A program made the translations under genes and the position numbers. A stretch of DNA of 64,000 bases from a virus: IMG/VR virus record IMGVR_UViG_3300037760_000114, positions 1-64,000 of that record. The stretch is one strand, 5' to 3'. How positions within the stretch are numbered: the first letter of the stretch is position 1; every line of letters begins with the position of its first letter. The notes beneath the pieces are model-generated. The model saw nothing but the letters and a program-made list of their open reading frames with translations. It was not told where the DNA came from and did not search any database. This document shows positions 8,442 through 16,552 of the stretch, in pieces.

Positions 8442-9701
8442 ATGCACAGCGACTTCGGTGCCCGCCTACGGGCGCTACGGCTCGACCGGGGACTGTCCCT
8501 GCGCGGCCTCGCCGAACTGGTGCACTACTCACACACTCACATCTATGACCTTGAACGTGGCAGTAAGCCCGCGTCACCCGCGCTGGCCGGCCGGTTGGAC
8601 GCGGCGCTAGACGCAGGCGGTCAACTCGCCGCAGCCCTGACCCCTGCCTCGGGGTGCCACCCGTGGCAACCCGGCCGGGCCCATTTCGGGTCGGTCGACG
8701 CCGCTGATCTGGCTCGCACGCTGACGCAGGTGCCCGGCGAGGCTGATCCACTGCGGCTTGCCCACGAGTGGATGGTCACCGAGCCGCCGCAGCTGCACCA
8801 CCTGCGTGCGGGCCGCCGGATCGGCGAAGAGACGGTGGCTGCGGTTGAGCAGCGGGTGCACCAGCTGCGGCTGATGGACGATCACATGGGAGGGCAGGAG
8901 TCCTACCGCCTCGTCGCTGACGAGCTGGCCGCTACCGGGACGTTGCTGCGGGAGGCGTCGTGTCCGCAGCCGCTGGCGCGGCGGCTACTGGCGGCGGTGG
9001 GGGAACTGGCGCAGCTGGCGGGGTGGGTCGCGTCCGACGCCGGTATGCACGATCGGGCCGAACACCACTACCTGACCGGGGCGTGGGCGGCGTCAGCGGC
9101 CGGTGCGGTGGCGGTCGCGGCCAACAACCTGTCCTGCCTGGCCTACCAGATGGCCGGCCAAGGCCGCCGGGCCGAGGCTGTGGTGTTGGCCCGCACAGCC
9201 GCCGCCCGCGCCGAACGCGAGACATCCCCTGCGGTACGGGCGCTGTTGGGCGAGCGGGTCGCGTGGACGCACGCCCGCGTTGGGGAGCCTGAGGCATGCG
9301 GGCGGGCGCTGGACCGGGTGGACGACATCTACGAGCCCGGCGACGATCCGCCGTGGCTGTACTGGCTCGACCGAGGCGAGATCGAGGTCATGGCGGGCCG
9401 CTGCTGGACTGAACTCGCCCGACCGCTGAGGGCGGTCCCGACCCTCCAGGCTGCGATCGCCAGCTACCCGGCCGACCGGGAACGGGAGACCGCGCTGTAC
9501 CTGTCGTGGCTGGCGGAGTCCCTGATCCAGGCCCATGAGGTGGAGGAAGCGGCGGCGACCGCGCTGCGGGTGGCCGAGCTGGCGACCCGTGCGGGTTCGG
9601 TGCGTGCCAACCAGCGTGTGCGGCTGCTGTCGGACCGGCTGGAGCCCTGGAGTAGTCACCCGGTAGTGGGCGAGTTCCGCCATGCCGCTGGTGTCAGCTA
9701 A
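8442..9701 (+). CDS. XRE-family HTH regulator with C-terminal helical/TPR-like domain (actinomycete type)
   Basis: FGARLRALRLDRGLSLRGLAELVHYSHTHIYDLERG; LRLMDDHMGG and QLAGWVASDAG motifs. Confidence 0.85.
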   Translation: MHSDFGARLRALRLDRGLSLRGLAELVHYSHTHIYDLERGSKPASPALAGRLDAALDAGGQLAAALTPASGCHPWQPGRAHFGSVDAADLARTLTQVPGEADPLRLAHEWMVTEPPQLHHLRAGRRIGEETVAAVEQRVHQLRLMDDHMGGQESYRLVADELAATGTLLREASCPQPLARRLLAAVGELAQLAGWVASDAGMHDRAEHHYLTGAWAASAAGAVAVAANNLSCLAYQMAGQGRRAEAVVLARTAAARAERETSPAVRALLGERVAWTHARVGEPEACGRALDRVDDIYEPGDDPPWLYWLDRGEIEVMAGRCWTELARPLRAVPTLQAAIASYPADRERETALYLSWLAESLIQAHEVEEAAATALRVAELATRAGSVRANQRVRLLSDRLEPWSSHPVVGEFRHAAGVS

Positions 9702-9947
9702 CACGGCACGGGTGTTAGCTGACAGCTGACCCCTTCCGATCATGCATCGTCGCGGGTGACGCTCTGGGGGCAGCGGGTGACGGGCGTCAAGCAAACCCGT
9801 CCGGCGTCCGGCATCCACTGCCCACCCCCTTCCGGTGGTGGAATCCCCCGGGGGGATGCGGTAGCTGGGTCACACGCCCGGTCTACCGCATCCCTCTGAA
9901 TCCGGAGGGGGTGGACGCCAAGGGATGACGAGCCCACCCCCTCCGGA
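9692..9947 (+). promoter_or_regulatory. 13-bp perfect inverted repeat followed by a multi-hairpin leader
   Basis: TGTCAGCTAACAC/GTGTTAGCTGACA (9692-9724); hairpins GGGATGCGGTAG/CTACCGCATCCC and TCCGGAGGGGGTGG/CCACCCCCTCCGGA. Confidence 0.55.
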
Positions 9948-9967
9948 CCTATCGGGAGGTGTGCGCG

Positions 9968-10150
9968 ATGCTCCGGTTCCGGATCTGGCCCCGCCGACAC
10001 CCGGCCGTAGACGCCGGCGATCACGGCCGTGACCCGTCCGGGCGGCTCTACGACGGAGACACAGTGCGCCGGGTCGGTACCGAGCGGTGGGCCGACCTAC
10101 TGCGCGTGAACGAGATCACCGAACGGCGGGGTCGCGATGCACTCCGATGA
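9968..10150 (+). CDS. Small hypothetical protein
   Basis: GGGAGG RBS upstream of ATG. Confidence 0.45.
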   Translation: MLRFRIWPRRHPAVDAGDHGRDPSGRLYDGDTVRRVGTERWADLLRVNEITERRGRDALR

Positions 10151-10343
10151 CGTGGAGCTGTGGACCGCCGCGCGTACGGTCGCTATGCACGTCGCCGGTG
10201 ACGGCTGCGGCCAGTGCCCGCCGGTAGGACCGTGCGGCCTGTACCGGTGGGCGGACGTGCGGCTGCGGCAGTGGGAGACCGAACGCGGCGAGCCGTACCC
10301 GGTACAGGCGCCCGGCTGGTCCGGCGTAGGAGCCAGCACCTAA
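10137..10343 (+). CDS. Small Cys/His-containing hypothetical protein
   Basis: Overlaps upstream gene; H..GDGCGQC....C. Confidence 0.5.
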   Translation: MHSDDVELWTAARTVAMHVAGDGCGQCPPVGPCGLYRWADVRLRQWETERGEPYPVQAPGWSGVGAST

Positions 10344-10370
10344 CGTCCGATCGGGAAGGTAGTGCCCCCC

Positions 10371-10514
10371 ATGGCGAGCAGCGCCGACTACGACGCGGAA
10401 GAGGCCCGCATGCTGCGGGAGCTGCACGAGGCCGACCAGCAGCGCAAGCTCGCCGAGTGGCTGAAGGCTGAGGAAATCCGTGAGGCTGCCGAGCGGCAGC
10501 GACGCGACGGATGA
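10371..10514 (+). CDS. Small charged helical protein (47 aa, not in the ORF track)
   Basis: MASSADYDAEEARMLRELHEADQQRKLAEWLKAEEIREAAERQRRDG, GC3-rich codons. Confidence 0.5.
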   Translation: MASSADYDAEEARMLRELHEADQQRKLAEWLKAEEIREAAERQRRDG

Positions 10515-10736
10515 TCAGGCCGGCCGGTCTGCCACGAACACACCCCGGCCCTGATGACCCCGGATCAGGCCAGCGAACCGAAGCAGCCGCTGCGCTTCCT
10601 TGATCGTGGTCTGACTGGTGCCGTACTCCTCAGCCAACGCCACGATCGACGGCAACACCTGACCCGGCTTCAGCTGCCCGGACTCGATGCGGGCCTTGAT
10701 CGCCTCGTACACGCGCTCATACTCCGGCGTTCCCAT
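10515..10736 (-). CDS. GntR-family winged-helix regulator (KorA/KorSA-like, DNA-binding domain only)
   Basis: YERVYEAIKARIESGQLKPGQVLPSIVALAEEYGTSQTTIKEA...GRGVFV. Confidence 0.9.
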   Translation of the reverse strand: MGTPEYERVYEAIKARIESGQLKPGQVLPSIVALAEEYGTSQTTIKEAQRLLRFAGLIRGHQGRGVFVADRPA

Positions 10737-10792
10737 GATGGTCGTTCTCCCTGCTTGGCGGCATGAGAATTCGACCATGGGCGGGACCTCCT

Positions 10793-10841
10793 CGGCAACC
10801 TAGCCGCCCGCGTTGACTACGGCGACCTAGCCGCCTATCCT
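10793..10841 (+). promoter_or_regulatory. Promoter with twin 16-bp direct-repeat operator
   Basis: CGGC(A/G)ACCTAGCCGCC at 10793-10808 and 10820-10835; TTGACT (10813-10818), 17 bp, TATCCT (10836-10841). Confidence 0.75.
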
Positions 10842-10878
10842 ACGCGGGCGGGCGCCCCTGCTTGGCGGCAGCGGCACC

Positions 10879-11244
10879 GTGGGCCCCGACCCCCCCGGTT
10901 TGGGCTCGTCCGGGTCCGGCGGGCGCGGAAACGCACACCCTGCCCGCCGGACCTGGACTATCTCCTCAGCGGAGGCGACGCGCGTGGATCACTGGCCCCG
11001 GCCGGCCGACATCGGCACCGAGCCGTGGCCCACGCTGGCCGAGGCGGTCGAGGCGGCGAAGGCTTTGCGGGGACAGGGGTGGACAGTGCGTATGTACGCG
11101 GCGGGAGACCTGGCGTCACATCCGCGGCGAGTCGACGACTCCCGCATCCTGGCCACGGTGCACCATCCAGACGGGGCTCAGGCCGGTGAGGTGTGCTACT
11201 GGCCGGCTCCGGAGCCGGACGACCACGGGGACCCGGGCGAGTGA
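10879..11244 (+). CDS. Hypothetical protein (start may be ~10984)
   Basis: ORF downstream of promoter; GGAGG before GTG at ~10984. Confidence 0.5.
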   Translation: MGPDPPGLGSSGSGGRGNAHPARRTWTISSAEATRVDHWPRPADIGTEPWPTLAEAVEAAKALRGQGWTVRMYAAGDLASHPRRVDDSRILATVHHPDGAQAGEVCYWPAPEPDDHGDPGE

Positions 11245-11387
11245 GACTCCCCGGCCGTCGCACACCACAGTCCTCGGGGACTGTGTGCGGGTTGCAACGC
11301 AAGACGCGGCGGCCGGGGCAACAAACAGCGGGGGCAGGAACCTGACCGGGACAGTCCCGGGGGGGCACAAACAGATGGGAAGTACGG

Positions 11388-12044
11388 ATGGGGATCGCAA
11401 AACTGGGTGCGGTGGCGGTCGCGGGGATCGCCGCTGGCGCTCTGGCGTTCGGTGGCTCAGCCGCCGCACACCACAACATCCCGGAGGCCAGCGTCTCCGG
11501 TGACGACTGCACCATCACCGGCACCAGCATGTGGGCGGAGCCGGAGGGCACCCACCTGGTGGCCAACACCACGCTGGTGGTGCTCGTCGGCGGCGAGGTT
11601 CACCACGCCCTGATCGGCGAGCCGCTGACCGTGGAGGATCTGCCGGACGGCACCACCGAGGCGCAGTGGCGGATCTGGGGCGGCGGCGAGCGGGACTACG
11701 ACAGCCCGCCGTTGGCCGACCTAGACGCGCTGGTGACGTACCTCGCAGCCGACCCGGCTAACTCGCCGCTGGACGCAGACGCGCCCGGCATCGACTGGTA
11801 CGACATCAAGGTGTACGGCTGCCCCGACCCGGAGCCGACGCCGGAGCCGACGACCGAGCCGACGGTGGAACCCACCGTCGAGCCGACCGAGCCAGCCGGT
11901 GAGGGTGGCGAGGATGACCCGGGTGAGCTGGCGCAGACCGGCACCCGGACCACACTGCTGGCCGGTGGCGCGGTGGGGCTGCTGACGCTCGGCGGGGGCC
12001 TGTTCTGGCTGGCCCGCAACCGGCGGGTCAGCTTTACCGCCTGA
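11388..12044 (+). CDS. Secreted, sortase-anchored (LAxTG) surface protein
   Basis: Signal peptide ending AAA-H; (EPT)n linker; LAQTG + TM + basic tail RNRR. Confidence 0.85.
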   Translation: MGIAKLGAVAVAGIAAGALAFGGSAAAHHNIPEASVSGDDCTITGTSMWAEPEGTHLVANTTLVVLVGGEVHHALIGEPLTVEDLPDGTTEAQWRIWGGGERDYDSPPLADLDALVTYLAADPANSPLDADAPGIDWYDIKVYGCPDPEPTPEPTTEPTVEPTVEPTEPAGEGGEDDPGELAQTGTRTTLLAGGAVGLLTLGGGLFWLARNRRVSFTA

Positions 12045-12050
12045 CCCTGG

Positions 12051-12113
12051 GCGCACGAAGGCGCCCCGGCTCTCCCGCAACCATCGGGGAGAAGCCGGGG
12101 CGCCTTCGTGCGC
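12051..12113 (+). terminator. Long hairpin terminator
   Basis: GCGCACGAAGGCGCCCCGGCT...AGCCGGGGCGCCTTCGTGCGC. Confidence 0.75.
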
Positions 12114-12145
12114 GCGCGATAGCCGTTCGGGTGATGCCTAGCCCA

Positions 12146-12174
12146 TTGCGCGATTAAACGCCGTAGTTTAAACT
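12146..12174 (+). promoter_or_regulatory. Housekeeping-sigma promoter with TAAAC/GTTTA repeats
   Basis: TTGCGC (12146-12151), 17 bp, TAAACT (12169-12174); AT-rich island. Confidence 0.65.
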
Positions 12175-12215
12175 GGTAGCATGCCGCACGGAGCGGCCCA
12201 AGCGAAGGAGACATC

Positions 12216-12695
12216 GTGAGCAACACCCCGATGAGCAAGAAGCAGGAAGCCCTGATCCTGAGCCTTGCCCGCCAGCTCGACGGCGGCAGCTACCGCTTCA
12301 TCTCGCAGTGCGAGCACCTGCTGCCGGTGTCCCGCAGCGCTGCTCGCGGCCTGAGCACCACCGACGCCAGCCTGTGCATCGACCACCTGCAGGCCGAGGT
12401 GGACAAGGCCGAGCTGGCAAAGCAGGCCGCCGAGCGCGGCGAGACCGCTCCCACCCCGGAGCCGACTCCGGAGCCGGAGGGCGGCCCCACCGCCGACCAA
12501 CTGCTCGCGATGCTCGGCAAGAAGATCACGGTCACCTGGGTCAACCGGGACGGCGAGACCGTGACCTGGGATGGCACCTGCCGCTGGGTGCAGGCCAGCG
12601 ACAAGGACGGCACCCCTGAGATCAACATCATGACCGCTCGGGGCATGAAGGCCATGCGGACCCACCGGCTCACCTCCTGGGTCACCCACATATGA
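12216..12695 (+). CDS. Two-domain hypothetical protein (anti-defence candidate)
   Basis: AAGGAG RBS; helical N-domain (SKKQ...LSTTDASLCIDHL), PTPEPTPEPE linker, beta-rich C-domain. Confidence 0.75.
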   Translation: MSNTPMSKKQEALILSLARQLDGGSYRFISQCEHLLPVSRSAARGLSTTDASLCIDHLQAEVDKAELAKQAAERGETAPTPEPTPEPEGGPTADQLLAMLGKKITVTWVNRDGETVTWDGTCRWVQASDKDGTPEINIMTARGMKAMRTHRLTSWVTHI

Positions 12696-12892
12696 GCGAC
12701 ACCCGCCCACGCGGGCGCCCGACCAAAGGTGACCGGGTCGAGACCCGGCTAGAGCCCGATGTCCGGGCAGCCCTCGCCGAGTGGGCTTCCGACCGACCCG
12801 ATGTGGACCGCCGCGACGGCGAGCCGGTGGAAGCGGACGCCATCCGGGTGATCGTGGCCGAGAGGCTTGACGCGGATGGCTACCTGCCGTAG
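12692..12892 (+). CDS. Small RHH-like DNA-binding protein
   Basis: ATGA overlap; RGRPTKGDRVETRLEPDVRAALAEWA...EADAIRVIVAERL. Confidence 0.65.
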   Translation: MSDTRPRGRPTKGDRVETRLEPDVRAALAEWASDRPDVDRRDGEPVEADAIRVIVAERLDADGYLP

Positions 12893-12902
12893 CGTCGGCG
12901 CC

Positions 12903-13006
12903 GTTGCGGCCGGTCCGCCGGCCGCCCTTCATTAAGGGGTGGACTGGCTGAAGGTCCGTCGCCCTGGCACCTTTGTCGCGGGCCACCGCCCGCCCTTCAC
13001 TGAGAC
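12903..13006 (+). CRISPR. CRISPR mini-array: repeat - 36-nt spacer - degenerate repeat
   Basis: R1 12903-12938 GTTGCGGCCGGTCCGCCGGCCGCCCTTCATTAAGGG (8-bp stem); spacer 12939-12974; R2 12975-13006 GTCGCGGGCCACCGCCCGCCCTTCACTGAGAC (6-bp stem); shared GTYGCGG...CCGCCCTTCAYTRAG. Confidence 0.75.
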
Positions 13007-13101
13007 GCCCCCGGCCCACAGTCGGGGGCGTTCTGCTGACCCCGGACACGACGAAGCGCCCCGCGCCCACCCCGTAACAGGGGGAAGGACGCGGGGCGCT
13101 C
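13005..13101. terminator. Two hairpins closing the mini-array transcript and the convergent late operon
   Basis: ACGCCCCCG..CGGGGGCGT (13005-13031) and AGCGCCCCGCG...CGCGGGGCGCT (~13055-13100). Confidence 0.6.
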
Positions 13102-13138
13102 GACGGGCGGTGCGGATAGCGGCGGGACACCGCCCGGC

Positions 13139-13498
13139 TTAGCGGCTGGTGATCGCCGTGTCCTTCGGCGCCACCTGATGGCGTGTGATCAAGGCGAACA
13201 CGGCCATGACGGTGGCGGAGATCGTGGCGACCGTCGCGTCCGGCGCATTCAGCCCGTACTCGACCAGCAGAGCCGCCCCTGCGGTCACCACGCCGGTGAC
13301 CATCGCCGGTGCGATCGGCCTGGTTGTGGCGACCAGGATCAGCGCGGCCACCAGAGCGGTGACAGCGGCGGCCTGCCCGGCGGACAGGAACGGGACGCCG
13401 AGCGCGGCCAGGGCCACCAGTGCGGCACCAACTGTGGCGATCCACGCGGACGGTTCGCGCCCGAGGATCTTGATCGTGCCGGTTTGAGTTGCCATCAT
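13139..13498 (-). CDS. Holin-like membrane protein
   Basis: ILGREP motif and four TM segments, end of the late operon. Confidence 0.7.
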   Translation of the reverse strand: MMATQTGTIKILGREPSAWIATVGAALVALAALGVPFLSAGQAAAVTALVAALILVATTRPIAPAMVTGVVTAGAALLVEYGLNAPDATVATISATVMAVFALITRHQVAPKDTAITSR

Positions 13499-13577
13499 GC
13501 CCCTCCTCAGAGGCTTGGCCCGACCACCGGATGGTGGTCGGCACGTTGTTGTCGGACCCCGGCGCTACGGTGAGGGG

Positions 13578-13853
13578 ATGGTCCGGCTGATCCCGGTCGA
13601 CGGTCGCGGCGTGAACCGTGGCCGGATCGTGTGGATCTACGACGCGCCGGATGTGTGCCCCCGTCGGCATCCCGGGCCGCGCAAACTGTGGGCGCCGTGC
13701 CCCGGCTGCGGCGAACACGTACTCCAGTGGGTGTGCCAGCGACCCGACTGCGGCGCGGCGGACGTGGACGACGAACACACCTGCGTCAGCGTTGACGGAC
13801 CACCAGCGTCAGCGTCTGATCCGCCGAGTACGGGGGACCCGCCGACAGGGTGA
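13578..13853 (+). CDS. Small Cys-rich (Zn-finger-like) protein, antisense to the late operon
   Basis: GAGGGG RBS; C..H, CPGC, C...C, H.C. Confidence 0.45.
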   Translation: MVRLIPVDGRGVNRGRIVWIYDAPDVCPRRHPGPRKLWAPCPGCGEHVLQWVCQRPDCGAADVDDEHTCVSVDGPPASASDPPSTGDPPTG

Positions 13854-14070
13854 TCCGGAACAGGATCGGGTACTCGGTGCCGACCTCCCCGCCGGTGATG
13901 ACCGCCGTGGTGGTGGTGTCGGTGTGGTCGCTGTCGCTGATGGTGATGCCGTCCGGGCCGGTGACCGTGACCGCCGCGATGGTGGTCGTGGTGGGGAACC
14001 CGGCCAGCCAGTCACCCCAGTCCAGCGTGTACGGCAGCACGTCGTTCGGATCATGCAGGGCACGGATCAC
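13786..14070 (-). CDS. Fibre-tail adaptor-like virion protein
   Basis: HDPNDVLPYTLDWGDWL motif, Ig-like beta content; GGAGG RBS. Confidence 0.7.
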   Translation of the reverse strand: MIRALHDPNDVLPYTLDWGDWLAGFPTTTTIAAVTVTGPDGITISDSDHTDTTTTAVITGGEVGTEYPILFRITLSAGPPYSADQTLTLVVRQR

Positions 14071-16514
14071 AGTTCGACCTCCCACACTCTGCGTTGACCC
14101 GCCACCGCCAGGACGCGGGGTTGGGGTGTCGGACTCCACCGGCGCCGATCGGCGGGAACCGTCACCTGCCGGGGCTGCGCCGCAACGGCGTGGACCGTGC
14201 GGCGCGGCGGGACCCGGAACGTCTGCGCCGCCGACGGCACCGGCGGCACCGCCGAGTCCTCCACCGTGGCGTGGGACAACATCCGGGTGGCGTGCGAACC
14301 CGCCGACCGCACACCGGCCCCGGTACGGCCCGCGGTGGTGGTGACCCGGCCGGTGTGGCTGCTGACCGCCCGGGCTGCGGTGGTGTCCACCGACGCGGCG
14401 GACACCACCGGCCCCGTGGTGGACACCGCCAGCCGGCTACCGGCACCGGCCCGTGCGCCAGATGAGCCGGCAGTACGGCCGGTGCTGGACACGTCACGGA
14501 TGCTGCTGCCGCTGCGGGTCGCGGTAGAAACCATCTGTCGGGCGTGGCTGACGACGGCCCGCCCGACAGCATGCCAGGCTGCGGCCGACACGATCCTCGC
14601 CGAAAACGACGCGGCCCGGCGGCTCCCGGTCCCGCCGCGCACGACGGTGGACGCGGCGGCACCGGTGCTGCTGGACACGCCGCGGGCGGTGGTACCGGTT
14701 CGGGCAGCGCGGGAAACGGCCGTGGCCGTGGCCGAGACTGCCCGCCGCACCCCGGTGGCCACCCGGCCGGCTGCCGCAGCCACCGCGGCGACGCTGGACA
14801 CGGCGGTGCGCGAACCCGCACCCGCCCGGGTCGCACGGGAAGCCACGGCAGCAGACCAGCTTGTGCTGACCCGGGCAACCGCCCCGGTCGAGTCTGCCGC
14901 ACTCGCCGCTCGGACGGAGTGGGACCCGCTGTCGCGTTGACCTGCGCCAGCCCGAGCAGCCGCCGTGGCGGCACGCCCTGTGGCTGACGACGCGAGCCGG
15001 ACCGCGGTCCCGGCGCGCCCGGCAGTCGAGAACGCCTGCCGGGTGTGGCTGACAACTGCCCGGCCGAAGTCAGTCCACAACGCCGACGACACGACGAGAC
15101 CCGAGAAGGACGCCGCCCGCCGGCCGCCGGTCCCGGCCCGGGACGTGGCCGATCCGGCCGTCTCGCTGGTGCTGGACGCACCGCGGGTGTTGCTGCCGGC
15201 CCGGACCGCTGCCGAGGCCGCGCCCGCCGAACTCGAAGCCACCGACCGGGCCGCGGCGCCGGATCGGGTGGCCGTGGATGCGCCGCCGTCCGTGATACTC
15301 GCGGCGGTCCGCTCACCGGAGCCGGTGCGGGCGGCCTGCGAAGCCGCCGCGGCGGTGTGCGAGACAACATCCCGCTCGCCAGGCTCCGCAGTCCCGGCAC
15401 CGACCAACGCCACCGTGCACGACCTGGGGGCGAAACTCGACCCGGCCGAGAACGACCACACGCCGGTACCCGTCGCGCCGGCGGCTTCCCGCGCCACCCC
15501 GGCGAACGCCGCCAGCGACCCACCCTCGTTGCTGTCGACGGAGGCGTTCTGGACGAAGTGCTGCGCCCCGTCGCTGGTACCCGACGGGTAGACCGCCACC
15601 GGCGCCGCATGGTTCCAGGCGTTGTTGGTCATCACCCGGCAGACGCGGGTGGGTACGGTCGTGTTGACCGAGGCGCTGGTGAGGTTGGTGGAGAACGCCG
15701 CGGACACGTCCACGGTGGTGGCCTGGTCGAACCCGATCACCAGCACGCTCGCCGAGCGGGTGTTGCTGGGGGCGGTCCACGACGTACCCGGCGTGGCCTC
15801 GCCGGAGTGGTAGACCGCGGCGGCGTTGTCGACATCGCCGGAGTTGGACTGCAGCAGCGTCCACCCGGACGGGGGTGTGATCAGCGCCCCACCGCCGGAC
15901 GACCGCCGGCACGAAGCGATCGCCAGCCACGACACACCCGCCGGCAGCGCGACCGTGAACACCCCGGCACTGCTGCGGCCACCGCCGGTTGAGCCGGCAA
16001 CCCCAGGGATATCCCCGACTTCGGGAGGCTCTCCCTCGGGCACGGTCGCGTCGACGTGGGAGTTGGTGTTGTTGACGTTCAGGGTGATGGTCTTGCTGCC
16101 ACCGCCAGATGATCGGCGAATCTCGACAGAGACAGCGAGCCGGTCGCCGCTGCCCCAGGTAGTGGACAGCGTCAGCGTCTCGGTTTTGGTACCCGTTGTG
16201 GACTGCGTGCCCGCGTACGACGATGACGCCTGTACGGTCCCGCTGGAATCTATCCGCTGCACCCGCCACCGGTACTCGGTGTTGGACGACAGCGAGGAAA
16301 CGCTCAGCGAGGTGGGGAAGCTGGTTCCTTCTATGCCCTCCCCGACGGTCCGCTGAAAGCGGATGACCTCAGTGAATGTGGTGGAGTTGAGGCTGGAACT
16401 GGCCAGAGTGGTGGAGCTGCCCTCAGTGGTGGACAGGTCGTAAACGGAGCTACCACTGCTGGTTCCCGGCTCGGTGGTGGCGTCCCGAAAAAAGCTTGTT
16501 TCGACCGCCACCAC
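14067..16514 (-). CDS. Tail fibre/appendage protein with ~21-aa Ala/Ser/Thr/Arg repeats
   Basis: Beta-rich N-terminal domains (ITPPSGWTLL); tandem R-x3-S-x6-S units in the C-terminal half. Confidence 0.7.
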   Translation of the reverse strand: MVAVETSFFRDATTEPGTSSGSSVYDLSTTEGSSTTLASSSLNSTTFTEVIRFQRTVGEGIEGTSFPTSLSVSSLSSNTEYRWRVQRIDSSGTVQASSSYAGTQSTTGTKTETLTLSTTWGSGDRLAVSVEIRRSSGGGSKTITLNVNNTNSHVDATVPEGEPPEVGDIPGVAGSTGGGRSSAGVFTVALPAGVSWLAIASCRRSSGGGALITPPSGWTLLQSNSGDVDNAAAVYHSGEATPGTSWTAPSNTRSASVLVIGFDQATTVDVSAAFSTNLTSASVNTTVPTRVCRVMTNNAWNHAAPVAVYPSGTSDGAQHFVQNASVDSNEGGSLAAFAGVAREAAGATGTGVWSFSAGSSFAPRSCTVALVGAGTAEPGERDVVSHTAAAASQAARTGSGERTAASITDGGASTATRSGAAARSVASSSAGAASAAVRAGSNTRGASSTSETAGSATSRAGTGGRRAASFSGLVVSSALWTDFGRAVVSHTRQAFSTAGRAGTAVRLASSATGRAATAAARAGAGQRDSGSHSVRAASAADSTGAVARVSTSWSAAVASRATRAGAGSRTAVSSVAAVAAAAGRVATGVRRAVSATATAVSRAARTGTTARGVSSSTGAAASTVVRGGTGSRRAASFSARIVSAAAWHAVGRAVVSHARQMVSTATRSGSSIRDVSSTGRTAGSSGARAGAGSRLAVSTTGPVVSAASVDTTAARAVSSHTGRVTTTAGRTGAGVRSAGSHATRMLSHATVEDSAVPPVPSAAQTFRVPPRRTVHAVAAQPRQVTVPADRRRWSPTPQPRVLAVAGQRRVWEVEL

Positions 16515-16552
16515 TCACCTCCTCGCCCAGGCCCTTATAGCCACGCCAGCGG

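Noticed and set aside
10448-10467. Self-target for the mini-array spacer (TGGCTGAAGG)
   Set aside because: Only about 10 nt match, expected by chance at this GC content
9720-11390. Known riboswitch (c-di-GMP or c-di-AMP) in the structured intergenic regions
   Set aside because: Hairpins are present but I could not find the conserved family motifs
12939-13142. 67-aa ORF MDWLKVRR... over the mini-array
   Set aside because: It starts at the spacer and runs through repeat 2 and two hairpins; better explained as non-coding, although the spacer may derive from a coding sequence
14162-16356. Long alternative-frame and antisense ORFs (here and throughout, e.g. 26716-28257, 41551-42672, 54385-55806)
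   Set aside because: Shadow ORFs caused by high GC; Arg/Pro/Ala-rich, no motifs, overlapping well-supported genes
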